A program made the position numbers and the translations under genes. From Pedobacter sp. (GTDB lineage Bacteria; Bacteroidota; Bacteroidia; Sphingobacteriales; Sphingobacteriaceae), in contig NZ_JAVHXT010000011.1 in NCBI RefSeq assembly GCF_031119335.1, positions 102,658-166,657 of the forward strand: 64,000 nucleotides of DNA, read 5' to 3'. The first letter of the stretch is position 1. Every line of letters starts with the position of its first letter. The notes beneath the pieces were generated by a model that was not told the DNA's origin, ran no database searches, and was given only the letters and a program-made list of their open reading frames with translations. This document shows, in pieces, positions 35,794 through 46,424 of this stretch.

Positions 35794-37013
35794 GAGTGCT
35801 ACTGTTAAGCCATAGAGTTCCTTTTCCGCCAAATAGCGGTTATCCTATAGTAGTTTATAATACGATTAAGGGCTTACAGAAACTTGGCGCAGAAATTACC
35901 TTGTTTAGCCTTAATAATTCTAAAGAATATGTAGATGTAGATGATATTTACGATCCTGTTTTTGAAAAAATAGATTTCCATTCGTTTACCATAGATATTG
36001 AGGTAAATGTTTGGGATGCTTTTGTGAACGTGTTTTCTAATCAATCTTACAACGTTTCTCGCTTTTTTGACAATGATGCCGAAAAGGTGTTAGAGAATGT
36101 GCTGAGAGAAAAGGAGTTTGATATAGTGCAATTTGAAGGGCTTTTTGTGGTGCCTTATTTAGATACGGTTAAGCAGTACAGCAAAGCAAAGTTGGTTTAT
36201 AGGGCGCATCATATCGAACACGATGTTTGGGAGCGTTTAGCGCAACGAGAACGCTTTACACCTCGTAGAACTTACTTAGATTTTTTAGCTCGTAGGTTAA
36301 AAGCTTACGAAATGGAACAGATCAATCGCTTCCACCAAGTTTTTGCCATCAGTAATCCCGATAGGCAGAAACTGTTGTTGATGGGCTGTGAAACGAGGTT
36401 GGATGTTTTTCCAGTAGCTTTAGATTTCGAGAAATACAATATCGATACTTCTAAAACCAGTTTTCCAACTTTGTTTCACTTAGGAGCAATGGATTGGCGA
36501 CCAAATAAAGAAGGTTTGGAGTGGTTTTTGGATGAAATTTGGCCAGATATTGAAGAACTGAGCGGCGAATTACGTTTCTACATAGCTGGTAAAAATATGC
36601 AGAAACAATTCTTCGATTACGATTCGGATAACCTGATTGTAGAAGGAGAGGTTTTTGATGCGGTAGATTTTATCAATAGCAAGGCGATCATGATTGTGCC
36701 GCTGCTTTCTGGTAGTGGTATGCGTGTAAAGATTATTGAAGGAATGGTGATGCAGAAATGTATTATTGCTACAAGCATGGCAGCAGATGGAATAGATTGC
36801 AAACATGGAAGGGACATTTTAATTGCCGATACACCTGATGAATTTTACCGTGCCATACTGAAATGTATTACCCATCCAAATAAATGGCAAGAAATAGGAA
36901 GAAATGCACGTAAAACGGCAGAAAAGCATCATGAGGTAAATGCCAACGCAAAGCGGATGTTCGATATTTACGGAGAGTTAGTTGCAGTTAAAGACGATTC
37001 ATCGATAAGTTAA
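35790..37013 (+). CDS. Family 4 (GT-B) glycosyltransferase
   Basis: [18 protein letters not shown]-terminus and a C-terminal EGMVMQ..IIAT E-x7-E-like region. GTG start overlaps the rnhB stop (GTGA). Confidence 0.85.
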   Translation: MRVLLLSHRVPFPPNSGYPIVVYNTIKGLQKLGAEITLFSLNNSKEYVDVDDIYDPVFEKIDFHSFTIDIEVNVWDAFVNVFSNQSYNVSRFFDNDAEKVLENVLREKEFDIVQFEGLFVVPYLDTVKQYSKAKLVYRAHHIEHDVWERLAQRERFTPRRTYLDFLARRLKAYEMEQINRFHQVFAISNPDRQKLLLMGCETRLDVFPVALDFEKYNIDTSKTSFPTLFHLGAMDWRPNKEGLEWFLDEIWPDIEELSGELRFYIAGKNMQKQFFDYDSDNLIVEGEVFDAVDFINSKAIMIVPLLSGSGMRVKIIEGMVMQKCIIATSMAADGIDCKHGRDILIADTPDEFYRAILKCITHPNKWQEIGRNARKTAEKHHEVNANAKRMFDIYGELVAVKDDSSIS

Positions 37014-37119
37014 AATTTTCAAAACATTCATGACTTCTTTATTCCGTTTCCTTCTTGGTTTCTTAGTCGTGTAGGGAGTGAATATAACCTTTACACAAAT
37101 AATATTTCTACATTAGGTA

Positions 37120-38361
37120 ATGACTAAAAGCATAAGCCTAATAACACTTGTTTTCTGCATTTTCTTGAGCTATGGCTGCTCGAAAAATAGAAGTGAGCTT
37201 GAACAAGCAAAAGACGATTTAGAAGATTTTGTAGCTAAATCTGAAAACATGATAGAATTGGCTGATTTGGAGTTTAATGTTAAGCCAGTACAAATTAATT
37301 CGAACAAAGCTTTTGATGAAAAAGACTGGAATAACTTTACCGACCAACAAAGGAAATACCTTTCGATAGACGGATTTTTGGCAAAAGTGAATGAAGATTT
37401 TTTCTTAGCAACTGAATTTGGTAAACCAAAAAGTTCGGTTTCAATTTCACTTAATATATTGGATGCAAACGAATTGTTAGGGCTGGGGGATGATGCTGAA
37501 GAAGCTTCTGTGGTGATGCCTCAATTTAAACCTAGTTTACTGCATTTTTGGGATGGAACTTCGGCTGAGGCCAACTATAAAGTAGCTAAAAATACCGAGG
37601 AGCTGGAGTACAACCATTTTCTTATAGCTGCTTCTAAGCCTATTCGATCTATCGATTTTGATGTTCAGTTTAAGCATTATATATCTACTGCTTATCGTTT
37701 AGATGATGCTAATCCGAAAATTAAAGTAGGGGATGGCTATATAGAAATGAAAAGTAACGCTGATGGAGAGGTTAAATTGAACTATCCTAAATCTCTGTCG
37801 GAAAAACTTAGTGAGGTGCAGGGTTTTTATAAAGATGGTAGGGCGCTCAGAAAATTAGGAAGCAGTTCTTACTCTATTTCATCTGCAGCAACTATAGCAT
37901 GGCTGAAAAAAGCGTTGCCAATTTACGAAGAAGCAATTTCGCTGATAGATGAACAAAAGTTAAAGACTGCTCAAGAAGTTGAGGCGCATTTAAAAAGTAA
38001 ATTACCTTTAAAGCCTACTCAAGACGCTCAAATGGAGTTTGCTAAGTATTATTTCTCAGGTCCGGTAAATCATTTAATGGTATATGTAAAAAACGATAAG
38101 CCGCAAAATGTAACCAAAAAGGTTAATGTTAAGCTGCTTAAAGAAATGGACGCAATTGGTAAAGAGGGCTATTTTGTAGCGGTTGACAGCAAAAAAGGTT
38201 TGAAAGGAGTAGTTGATGTAAAAGGTAATTGGGTAATCAATCCTATTTATGATGAGATTAGAGCAATGGGAGACGAGAAGTTTGATGTACGGGAAGGTAG
38301 AATTGGCACCCCGAGAAAACTAGATGTCAAAAACAAGAAGTTTATTAACCTGCTGCCTTAG
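37120..38361 (+). CDS. Lipoprotein of unknown function with a C-terminal WG-repeat-like motif
   Basis: Lipobox LSYGC and a C-terminal KGVVDVKGNWVINPIYDEI motif; 413 aa. Confidence 0.65.
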   Translation: MTKSISLITLVFCIFLSYGCSKNRSELEQAKDDLEDFVAKSENMIELADLEFNVKPVQINSNKAFDEKDWNNFTDQQRKYLSIDGFLAKVNEDFFLATEFGKPKSSVSISLNILDANELLGLGDDAEEASVVMPQFKPSLLHFWDGTSAEANYKVAKNTEELEYNHFLIAASKPIRSIDFDVQFKHYISTAYRLDDANPKIKVGDGYIEMKSNADGEVKLNYPKSLSEKLSEVQGFYKDGRALRKLGSSSYSISSAATIAWLKKALPIYEEAISLIDEQKLKTAQEVEAHLKSKLPLKPTQDAQMEFAKYYFSGPVNHLMVYVKNDKPQNVTKKVNVKLLKEMDAIGKEGYFVAVDSKKGLKGVVDVKGNWVINPIYDEIRAMGDEKFDVREGRIGTPRKLDVKNKKFINLLP

Positions 38362-38386
38362 CACAGCAATATGATTGGCAAAATTA

Positions 38387-38417
38387 AACTTACGAAGTTT
38401 CTAAAACTTCGTAAGTT
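38387..38417. repeat. Family C hairpin repeat acting as a likely bidirectional terminator
   Basis: AACTTACGAAGTTTCTAAAACTTCGTAAGTT lies between convergent genes. Confidence 0.8.
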
Positions 38418-38426
38418 TTGCGGTTG

Positions 38427-38867
38427 CTACGATTTTGGAACCTCCAAATTTGTACTAATCGCAATTCTGTTCCAGCCATTAATAGCTACACAAGCCATAA
38501 TAATCTGTGCTACATAACTTTCTCCAAAAGTATCGACTGCTTTTTTGTACAAATCATCGTCAACGCCACCGTGGCTAATTAAAGTGATTTTTTCGGTTAG
38601 ACCTAAAATGATTTTTTCTTCCTCAGTAAACAAATCGGTTTCTCGCCATGCGTTTAATAAAAAGATACGTTGCGGAGTTTCGCCAAGTTTGATGGCGTCT
38701 TTAGTGTGCATATCTAAACAAAACGCACAACCATTAATTTGTGAAGCTCTAATTTTGATCAACTCTTTATGTGATTTTTTTAAATCTGTCGTTAGCAAAT
38801 AGTTTTCAATTCCAAACATTGCTTTGTAGGCATTCGGCTCCAGTTTCGATATATCTATTCTTTTCAT
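38427..38867 (-). CDS. Carboxymuconolactone decarboxylase / AhpD-like family protein
   Basis: 146 aa with the CAFCLDMH (CxxC..H) core motif of AhpD-like alkylhydroperoxidases. Confidence 0.85.
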   Translation of the reverse strand: MKRIDISKLEPNAYKAMFGIENYLLTTDLKKSHKELIKIRASQINGCAFCLDMHTKDAIKLGETPQRIFLLNAWRETDLFTEEEKIILGLTEKITLISHGGVDDDLYKKAVDTFGESYVAQIIMACVAINGWNRIAISTNLEVPKS

Positions 38868-38964
38868 CTTTAAATTTTTTAATTGTGATTTGATGAAACA
38901 AAGTTACTGTTCGTTACTTTTAGAAAACTTAAACCAGTTTAAGAAAGATAGTTTCTGAAAATTT

Positions 38965-39014
38965 AACCACATAGACACATAGCTACGATTGTTGCTCTAT
39001 GTGTCTATGTGGTT
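38965..39014. repeat. Family D palindromic repeat (AACCACATAGACACATAG ... CTATGTGTCTATGTGGTT)
   Basis: Perfect 18-nt inverted arms. Other copies lie at 8425-8542 and 49016-49065. This copy overlaps the last codons of the Crp-family gene. Confidence 0.9.
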
Positions 39015-39597
39015 TCTGTTGTTTACCTAGATGTTTCTTCTTGATCTCGCTTAAATACTCTGGTGTAAAACCGAGATAAGAAGCTAACATGTATTGCGGC
39101 ACACGCTGCAAAAACGCAGGTTGAACTTTTGCGAAATAGAGGTACATTTCTTCTCTCGAATAGTCGTTGATGTATTTAATTCGTAGTTGAGAGGCAGCGA
39201 AAGATTTTTCGTAAACCTTTCGAAAATACCTTTCCATCTGTGGAAATCGGTTCAGCATTTTTTCTTGCGCTTCGTAGCTAATAGCCAAAACTTCCGATTT
39301 TTCAATTGCCTGTATAGCGAAAGAGCTGTTTTTCTGTTCTAGAAAAGCAAGATTGTCCGTTATCCACCAGCTTTCTATGGCAAATTGAGTAGTTTGCTCA
39401 ACACCCGTATCCTTCATAAAAAATAGGCGTAAACATCCTTTCAAGACAAAGAAATGCTTCCTGCAATATTGCCCTTCTTCTAACAAGATTTCCTTTTTAT
39501 TTACAGAAAGAACTTCGAAGAAAGTAAGAATTTCAACAAATTCCGCTTCAGTAATATTTGCGAATTTTTTAATGTGTTGATTTAATGGATGGGACAT
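38983..39597 (-). CDS. Crp/Fnr-family transcriptional regulator
   Basis: cNMP-binding-like N-terminal domain and C-terminal HTH (LASYLGFTPEYLSEIKKK). The final residues QKPHRHIEQQS are encoded by the family D repeat. Confidence 0.85.
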   Translation of the reverse strand: MSHPLNQHIKKFANITEAEFVEILTFFEVLSVNKKEILLEEGQYCRKHFFVLKGCLRLFFMKDTGVEQTTQFAIESWWITDNLAFLEQKNSSFAIQAIEKSEVLAISYEAQEKMLNRFPQMERYFRKVYEKSFAASQLRIKYINDYSREEMYLYFAKVQPAFLQRVPQYMLASYLGFTPEYLSEIKKKHLGKQQKPHRHIEQQS

Positions 39598-39733
39598 GGT
39601 TGGCTAAAGATAGCTTTTTCCTTACTGATTTGTATTTCAACAATGTTTTACTGTGTTATATCTATGTAAAAATGAAGTGGCTAATAAAAGTTTGGGCTAA
39701 ATTTTTCGCAAATTGCAAACGCTTTAACTATGA

Positions 39734-41032
39734 ATGGCTAAGAATATGGGCAAAAAGATTTTAGTTTGGTTTAGAAATGATCTTCGCTTGCACGATAATG
39801 AAATGCTGGTGGAGGCTATTGCTAAGGCTGATGAAATTTTGCCGGTTTATGTATTCGATCCACGCCATTTCGAGCAAACCCAATATCATACCTACAAAAC
39901 TGGTGCTACAAGAACCAAATTCTTAATAGAGAGTGTTGTTTCTTTACAGCAATCTTTACAGGCAATGGGCGGTAATCTGCTGGTGTTACAGGGGCATCCG
40001 GAGGAAGTATTGCCAGCTTTAGTGGTTAAGCACGACATTGCCGAGGTTTACCATCACAGAGAAGTAGCGAGCGAAGAAACTGCAGTGAGTATAAAACTGG
40101 AAGATGCGCTTTGGAAACAAAAGGTAAATCTGAAGCATTTTATTGGGCACACGCTTTACAATAAGGAAGATTTGCCTTTTCCAATTAAAGATATACCTGA
40201 TGTTTTTACACAGTTTAAAAAGAAGACTGAGCGTGATGCTGTAGTAAAACCCTGTTTTCCAACGCCTAATGCTATCAGTTTTTCAGGTATTGACGACTGG
40301 GGTGCAATTCCAGAAGTTAAGGACTTGTTGCAAGATGAAGCTGTGGCCGTATTAAAAATCCAATCTGAGTTTATCGGTGGAGAAAAAGAAGCTTTAACAC
40401 ATTTGCACGACTATTTACATGCTGGCGAAGGAATGGTTTTAGCTAATGCCACTTTGAAAAAGCATGAAATTGTATCGAAACTTTCTGCTTGGTTGGCACT
40501 TGGATGTTTGTCGCCTAGAGAAGTGTATTGGAAAATGAAAGACGCCGAAGCAACTCACGGTGTTAGGCCTTTTTTTCATCAAATTGTGTTGGGTTTGTTG
40601 TGGAGAGATTACTATCGCTTCATGTTCAAAAAATATGGTAATACCTTTTTTAAGCCTCAAGGATTTAAGAAAGATGGTGCACCGCTGCTATTAGAAAATA
40701 CATCTGCCTTGCAAAATTGGAAAGATGGAGAAACTGGGCAACCGCTAGTTGATGCCTGCATGCAGGAGCTAAATACAACTGGCTATATTAACCAGGTGGC
40801 GAGGCAATTGGTAGCAACTTATTTAGTAAAGGAGTTAGAAGTAAATTGGGTGCTTGGTGCTGCTTATTTTGAAGAGCAATTATTAGACTACGCACCGGCA
40901 AGTAACTGGGGTAATTGGGCTGCTGTTGCTGGTGTTGGCAACGACCAAAAATTGTCAAATAGTTTCGATTTTGAGAAGCTGCTGAAAATTTTAGATCCAA
41001 AAGGTGCATTCGCACAGGTCGTTCGAGCGTAA
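39734..41032 (+). CDS. Cryptochrome-DASH / DNA photolyase family protein
   Basis: ILVWFRNDLRLHDNE N-terminus and FAD-binding region (LS.WLALGCLSPR, WRDYY, GNWAAVAG); 432 aa. Confidence 0.85.
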   Translation: MAKNMGKKILVWFRNDLRLHDNEMLVEAIAKADEILPVYVFDPRHFEQTQYHTYKTGATRTKFLIESVVSLQQSLQAMGGNLLVLQGHPEEVLPALVVKHDIAEVYHHREVASEETAVSIKLEDALWKQKVNLKHFIGHTLYNKEDLPFPIKDIPDVFTQFKKKTERDAVVKPCFPTPNAISFSGIDDWGAIPEVKDLLQDEAVAVLKIQSEFIGGEKEALTHLHDYLHAGEGMVLANATLKKHEIVSKLSAWLALGCLSPREVYWKMKDAEATHGVRPFFHQIVLGLLWRDYYRFMFKKYGNTFFKPQGFKKDGAPLLLENTSALQNWKDGETGQPLVDACMQELNTTGYINQVARQLVATYLVKELEVNWVLGAAYFEEQLLDYAPASNWGNWAAVAGVGNDQKLSNSFDFEKLLKILDPKGAFAQVVRA

Positions 41033-41109
41033 AAAAGCGTCTATATTTTAGTTACACTTTTTAAATTTATTTAAATGTGATTTTATTGCCTTTTCTAAAG
41101 GTAAAATCC

Positions 41110-41117
41110 TAATTTTG
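41110..41117 (+). promoter_or_regulatory. Candidate -7 box (TAATTTTG) for sucAB
   Basis: TAnnTTTG consensus, 30 nt upstream of the sucA ATG. Confidence 0.4.
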
Positions 41118-41147
41118 CAATACTTATCGTAATAGTTATATATACAA

Positions 41148-43952
41148 ATGGATAACCTAACTTATCTTAACGGCCCCAACGCCGAATATGTTGATTCCCT
41201 ATACCAGAGTTATAAAGAAGACCCTAATTCTGTAGAATTTGGATGGCAAAAGTTTTTTGAAGGTTTTGATTTTGGTAGAAGTGCTGATACTTCTGCTGTA
41301 AGTGGAGGAGATGCTCCAGAGCACTTTCTGAAAGAAATTAGCGTGCTAAACTTGATTAACGGCTACCGTCAACGTGGACATTTGTTTACCAAAACTAACC
41401 CAGTTAGAGAAAGACGTAAACACTTACCAACTTTAAATATTGAGAATTTTGGTTTAGCTGCGGCTGATTTGGAAACCGTTTTCAATTCTAGTGTTGAATT
41501 GGGTATTGGTGCAGCAAAGCTGAAAGATATTGTTGCCTTTTTAGAACAAACTTATTGTGGTTCTATTGGGGTTGAGTATAAATATTTGCGTACGCCAGAA
41601 GTGCTTTCTTGGTTAGAAGGTAAAATGGAAGGCAATCGTAACACGCCAAAGTTATCTGATGAGGAGAAAGTTAGAGTGGTTAAAAAGTTGAACGAAGCTG
41701 TTGTTTTCGAGAACTTTTTAGGTACGAAATTTTTAGGTCAAAAGCGTTTCTCTTTAGAAGGTGCAGAGGCTTTAATTCCGGCATTAGATTCGGTAATTGA
41801 AAAAGGTGCCGATTTAGGTATTGAAGAATTTGTGGTTGGTATGGCACACCGCGGTCGTTTGAACGTGTTGGCTAATATCATGCAAAAAAGTTATAAAGAT
41901 ATTTTCACTGAGTTCGAAGGAAGAAGTTACAATGAAGAAACTCCTTTTGGTGGCGACGTGAAATATCACTTAGGTTACTCAACAGATGTAACAACTAATA
42001 ATGGTAAGAGCGTTCACTTAAGCTTGTGCCCAAATCCATCGCACTTAGAAACTGTAGATGGTATTGTGGAAGGTATGAGCCGTTCAAAAATCGATTTCAA
42101 ATACGCTGGCGACGATGGTCGTTTAGCTCCGATCTTGATTCACGGTGATGCTTCTGTAGCTGGTCAAGGTATTGTTTACGAGGTAATCCAGATGGCTGGT
42201 TTAGATGGTTACAAAACTGGCGGTACCATCCACTTGGTAATTAACAACCAAATTGGTTTTACTACTAACTATAAGGATGCTCGTTCTAGTACTTACTGTA
42301 CAGACATCGCTAAAGTAACTTTATCTCCAGTTTTTCACGTAAATGGTGATGATGCTGAAGCTTTAGTTTATGCAATTAACTTAGCAATGGAATACCGTCA
42401 GAAATATAGAAATGACGTATTTATCGACATTCTTTGCTACCGTAGATTTGGTCACAACGAATCGGATGAGCCTAAATTCACTCAACCGTTATTGTACAAG
42501 GCTATTGAGAAACACGAGAATCCATTAAAGATTTATGTGGCTCAATTGGTTAAAGAAGGCAAGCTTGATGCCGATGGCGCCAAGGAAATGGAAAAGGAAT
42601 TTAAGGCTCGATTACAAACTTCATTAAACGAGGCTAAAGAATATAATGCAGCATTAGCTGATGTTAAATTTGGTGGTGCTTGGGCTGATTTGCGTATCGC
42701 AACTGCAAAAGATTTCGAAACTTCTCCAGAAACTGGTGTTAAAAAGACAACCTTGTTAGAAGTTGCGAAAAGAATTACCACTTTACCAAAAGAGAAAAAG
42801 TTCTTCAAAAAGATTGAAAAATTATTTGATGAGCGTTTAAAAATGGCAACCGAAACTCATGTTTTTGATTGGGCTTTGGGCGAGCAATTGGCTTACGGTA
42901 CTTTATTAGCCGAAGGTAAACGTGTTCGTTTAAGCGGCCAGGATGTAAAACGTGGTACTTTCTCTCACCGTCATGCGGTATTAACTTTAGAAGATTCGGA
43001 AGAAGAGTACACTCCGTTATTAAATATTTCAGAGCAACAAGCTCAGTTTGATATCTACAACTCGCACTTATCTGAGTACGGAGTTTTAGGTTTCGAATAC
43101 GGTTATGCAATGGCTAATCCTAATGCGTTAACCATTTGGGAAGCACAATTTGGTGATTTCTTTAACGGAGCTCAAATTGTAATTGACCAATACATCGCAA
43201 GTGCGGAAACTAAATGGCAAAGAGCTAACGGCTTGGTCATGTTATTGCCTCACGGTTACGAAGGTCAAGGTCCAGAACACTCATCGGCACGTATAGAGCG
43301 TTTCATGGAGCTTTGTGCAGAGTACAACATGCAAGTAACTAACTGTACTACTCCAGCCAACTTCTTCCACGCATTGCGTCGTCAGTTTAAACGCGATTTC
43401 CGTAAACCTTTGGTGAACTTTAGTCCTAAGAGTTTGTTACGTCATCCACTTTGTGTAAGCCCATTAGCAGATTTTACAACTGGCGGTTTTAAAGAAGTAA
43501 TTGATGATGCTAATGTAAAAGTGGCTGATGTGAAAAGGGTTGCTTTCTGTTCAGGTAAAGTTTACTACGATTTGTTGGAATCGCAGAAAAAAGAAGGAAA
43601 TAAAGATGTAGCCTTAGTTCGCGTAGAGCAGTTATATCCAACTCCTGTTGACCAAATGGAAGCTATTGTAGCGAAATACAAAAATGTTGAGGATGTCGTT
43701 TGGGTACAAGAAGAACCAGAAAACCAAGGTGCTTGGCCGTATTTGTTGCGTAGATTAAGAAAAACATCATTAAATAAAATTGATGTAATTTCGAGAAAAG
43801 AAAGCAGCAGTCCGGCAACTGGTTACATGAAACAACACACTAACCAACAAGCTTACATTGTGGCTAAAACTTTCGAAACTTCGGTGGCGGAAGTAGCTAA
43901 AAAACCGCTTAAAGAAACTGCAAAAAACGCGGTTAAAGATAAAGTAGATTAA
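41148..43952 (+). CDS. sucA: 2-oxoglutarate dehydrogenase E1 component
   Basis: 934 aa. NGYRQRGH, GMAHRGRLNVL, HGDA..AGQG and LPHGYEGQGPEHSS motifs. Confidence 0.97.
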   Translation: MDNLTYLNGPNAEYVDSLYQSYKEDPNSVEFGWQKFFEGFDFGRSADTSAVSGGDAPEHFLKEISVLNLINGYRQRGHLFTKTNPVRERRKHLPTLNIENFGLAAADLETVFNSSVELGIGAAKLKDIVAFLEQTYCGSIGVEYKYLRTPEVLSWLEGKMEGNRNTPKLSDEEKVRVVKKLNEAVVFENFLGTKFLGQKRFSLEGAEALIPALDSVIEKGADLGIEEFVVGMAHRGRLNVLANIMQKSYKDIFTEFEGRSYNEETPFGGDVKYHLGYSTDVTTNNGKSVHLSLCPNPSHLETVDGIVEGMSRSKIDFKYAGDDGRLAPILIHGDASVAGQGIVYEVIQMAGLDGYKTGGTIHLVINNQIGFTTNYKDARSSTYCTDIAKVTLSPVFHVNGDDAEALVYAINLAMEYRQKYRNDVFIDILCYRRFGHNESDEPKFTQPLLYKAIEKHENPLKIYVAQLVKEGKLDADGAKEMEKEFKARLQTSLNEAKEYNAALADVKFGGAWADLRIATAKDFETSPETGVKKTTLLEVAKRITTLPKEKKFFKKIEKLFDERLKMATETHVFDWALGEQLAYGTLLAEGKRVRLSGQDVKRGTFSHRHAVLTLEDSEEEYTPLLNISEQQAQFDIYNSHLSEYGVLGFEYGYAMANPNALTIWEAQFGDFFNGAQIVIDQYIASAETKWQRANGLVMLLPHGYEGQGPEHSSARIERFMELCAEYNMQVTNCTTPANFFHALRRQFKRDFRKPLVNFSPKSLLRHPLCVSPLADFTTGGFKEVIDDANVKVADVKRVAFCSGKVYYDLLESQKKEGNKDVALVRVEQLYPTPVDQMEAIVAKYKNVEDVVWVQEEPENQGAWPYLLRRLRKTSLNKIDVISRKESSSPATGYMKQHTNQQAYIVAKTFETSVAEVAKKPLKETAKNAVKDKVD

Positions 43953-44047
43953 GAAACGTAAATAAAGACTAGCGTTAAGCGATTAATGATAGGCGTGAAA
44001 ATGCCATTCTCTAATCGCCAAACGCCAAACAAAACATATAATTTAAT

Positions 44048-45286
44048 ATGAGTTTAGAAATCAAAGTTCCGCCAGTAGGCGAGTCGATTACCGAGGTAGT
44101 ATTATCTCGTTGGGTTAAAAACGATGGCGAATTTGTAGAGATGGACGAAATTATTGCGGAGTTAGAATCAGACAAAGCAACTTTCGAACTTACTGCAGAA
44201 AAAGCAGGAACTTTAAAAATTGTTGCTAGCGAAGGTGATACGCTAGAAATTGGTGCAGTTGTTTGCTCTATCGAAGAAGGTGGTGCTGCTCCGGCTGCTG
44301 CTAAAGAAGAAGCACCAAAGGCTGATGCTCCTGCGGCAGATAAAGCTGCGGCTCCAGTTGCTGAAAAAGAGTCTAAAGAGAGCGTTGATAGCTACGCTTC
44401 TGGAACTCCATCTCCTGCTGCTGGTAAAATTTTAGCAGAAAAAGGTATTGATGCAGCTAACGTAAAAGGTACTGGCGTTGATGGCAGAATTACCAAAGAA
44501 GATGCAAACAATGCACAAGCTGGTAAGCCTGCTGCTAAGGCAGAAGCTCCTAAAGCTGTTGCAGCTCCGGCTCCAGTTGCTGGTTCTAGAAATGAGCGTG
44601 CTGAAAAAATGTCGCCATTGCGTAAAACAGTTGCTAAACGCTTAGTTGCGGTTAAAAATGAGACGGCTATGTTAACTACTTTTAATGAGGTTAACATGAA
44701 GCCAATTATGGATTTACGTGCTAAATATAAAGACCAATTTAAAGAGAAACACGGTGTTGGTTTAGGCTTTATGAGTTTCTTCACTAAAGCGGTTTGCGAA
44801 GCTGCTAAAGACTTCCCTGCGGTAAATGCTCGTATTGATGGCGATCAAATCATTTTCAACGATTTCGTTGATGTTTCTATCGCTGTATCTGCTCCTAAAG
44901 GTTTGGTAGTGCCAATCATTAGAAATGCAGAAAGCATGAGCTTAGCGCAAATCGAAAAAACTGTAATTGAATTAGCTACTAAAGCTAGAGATAGTAAATT
45001 GACTATTGAAGAAATGACAGGTGGAACTTTTACCATCACTAATGGTGGTGTGTTTGGTTCAATGATGTCTACACCAATTATCAATGCGCCTCAATCTGCA
45101 ATTTTAGGTATGCACAACATTATCGAGCGCCCAATTGCGGAAAATAAAGAAGTGGTAATTCGTCCGATGATGTACATTGCTTTATCTTACGATCACAGAA
45201 TTATCGACGGACGTGAGTCTGTAGGTTTCTTGGTACGTGTTAAGCAGTTATTGGAAGATCCAGCTAGATTGTTGTTAGGAGTATAG
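44048..45286 (+). CDS. sucB: Dihydrolipoyllysine-residue succinyltransferase (E2 of 2-oxoglutarate dehydrogenase)
   Basis: Lipoyl domain ([11 protein letters not shown]), Ala/Pro-rich linkers, E3-binding domain, and catalytic domain with SYDHRIIDG. Confidence 0.97.
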   Translation: MSLEIKVPPVGESITEVVLSRWVKNDGEFVEMDEIIAELESDKATFELTAEKAGTLKIVASEGDTLEIGAVVCSIEEGGAAPAAAKEEAPKADAPAADKAAAPVAEKESKESVDSYASGTPSPAAGKILAEKGIDAANVKGTGVDGRITKEDANNAQAGKPAAKAEAPKAVAAPAPVAGSRNERAEKMSPLRKTVAKRLVAVKNETAMLTTFNEVNMKPIMDLRAKYKDQFKEKHGVGLGFMSFFTKAVCEAAKDFPAVNARIDGDQIIFNDFVDVSIAVSAPKGLVVPIIRNAESMSLAQIEKTVIELATKARDSKLTIEEMTGGTFTITNGGVFGSMMSTPIINAPQSAILGMHNIIERPIAENKEVVIRPMMYIALSYDHRIIDGRESVGFLVRVKQLLEDPARLLLGV

Positions 45287-45362
45287 TCTTCAAATTAAGA
45301 AATGAAGATTAGTTAAGGATTTTCTTAATTTCCCTTAATGCCCTTCATGGTTTAAAATATGC

Positions 45363-45398
45363 AACCTTGTTCATGAAAATGAGCAAGGTTTTTTTTAT
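45363..45398 (+). terminator. Rho-independent terminator after sucB
   Basis: AACCTTGTTCAT-GAAA-ATGAGCAAGGTT stem-loop followed by T8. Confidence 0.8.
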
Positions 45399-45416
45399 AC
45401 ACGATCCATAGACGTA

Positions 45417-45508
45417 TCGTCATTCCCGCGTAGGCGGGAATCTTAAAGCAATAAGTCTATTTAATTATGTCATCGCATTACGATTGCCAGTCGAGCTGGC
45501 AATGACGA
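45417..45508. repeat. Composite of a family A variant arm (TCGTCATTCCCGCGTAGGCGGGAATCTT) and a family B hairpin (ATTACGATTGCCAGTCGAGCTGGCAATGACGA)
   Basis: Family B recurs at 58124-58156 and 59874-59907. Confidence 0.8.
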
Positions 45509-45681
45509 GAAGAACAAAATTATTTGTCTACTTTCTGTTACGTTTTATGCTTTCTAATTTGATTTTAATATTTTCGTTGAACACACAAGATTAAAACCAG
45601 ATGAGACCGTCATGATTTTCAATAGTTAATTTTTGAAACATCATGACAGCTTCATCACCTTTAAGAACATATTAAAACTAA

Positions 45682-46416
45682 ATGAAAAAAATTGTACTTG
45701 TCGCTTTCTTTAGCGTATTCACTTCTTTGCTTCATGCCCAAACTGTAAACCAAAACACAGGATGGCTTTTCTTTCTAAACAGTACCAAGTTTAACGATAA
45801 ATGGGGAATGCACTTTGATTTGCAACTTCGCTCTGAAGATAATTGGGATGGAGTTAGAAATCTGCTTGTAAGGCCTGGGATTACTTATTACATCAATAAA
45901 AATTCAAATGCAACTTTAGGATATTTATTCACTCAGACTTATTTGCCTGAGTTATATCCGGTTTTTGCTCCAGGCGTAACACCTTATGAACCGAAGTTTA
46001 CCTTAACCGAGCATCGTATTTGGCAACAATATATCTACAACCAACAACCCTGGAAAGGAGCGGTTTTAAGTCATAGGTTTAGGTTGGAACAACGTTTTAT
46101 AGAGCGTCAAACAGATGAATTGTTTTCTCAGCGTTTCCGTTATTTCTTTAGGTTAGTTCAGCCGTTGAAAAAGCAAGAAGGTGCATTTACCAAAGGTATG
46201 TTCGCTGCTTTGCAAAACGAACTTTTCTTCAACCTCCAAAATAAAGAAAAGTTAAATGGAAGCTTTTTTGATCAGAACCGAGCTTATTTAGCTGTTGGTT
46301 ACCGTGTTTCTAAAAGTTTTGATATCGAAGCCGGATATCTAAACCAAAGTATTAAGGGAGCTAATGCTAATACAGTAAACAACGTTGCACAGTTAGCTTT
46401 GTATACTAGGTTTTAA
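45682..46416 (+). CDS. DUF2490-like outer-membrane protein
   Basis: Signal peptide and alternating beta-strand pattern (W.FF.NS.KFNDKWGMHFDLQLR). It ends in an aromatic residue (RF). Confidence 0.7.
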   Translation: MKKIVLVAFFSVFTSLLHAQTVNQNTGWLFFLNSTKFNDKWGMHFDLQLRSEDNWDGVRNLLVRPGITYYINKNSNATLGYLFTQTYLPELYPVFAPGVTPYEPKFTLTEHRIWQQYIYNQQPWKGAVLSHRFRLEQRFIERQTDELFSQRFRYFFRLVQPLKKQEGAFTKGMFAALQNELFFNLQNKEKLNGSFFDQNRAYLAVGYRVSKSFDIEAGYLNQSIKGANANTVNNVAQLALYTRF

Positions 46417-46424
46417 TTAATTGG

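Noticed and set aside
44290-44600. Ala/Pro/Lys-rich low-complexity stretch as a repeat element or frameshifted region
   Set aside because: This is the normal flexible linker region between the lipoyl, E3-binding and catalytic domains of E2 succinyltransferases, and the frame is continuous with conserved domains on both sides.
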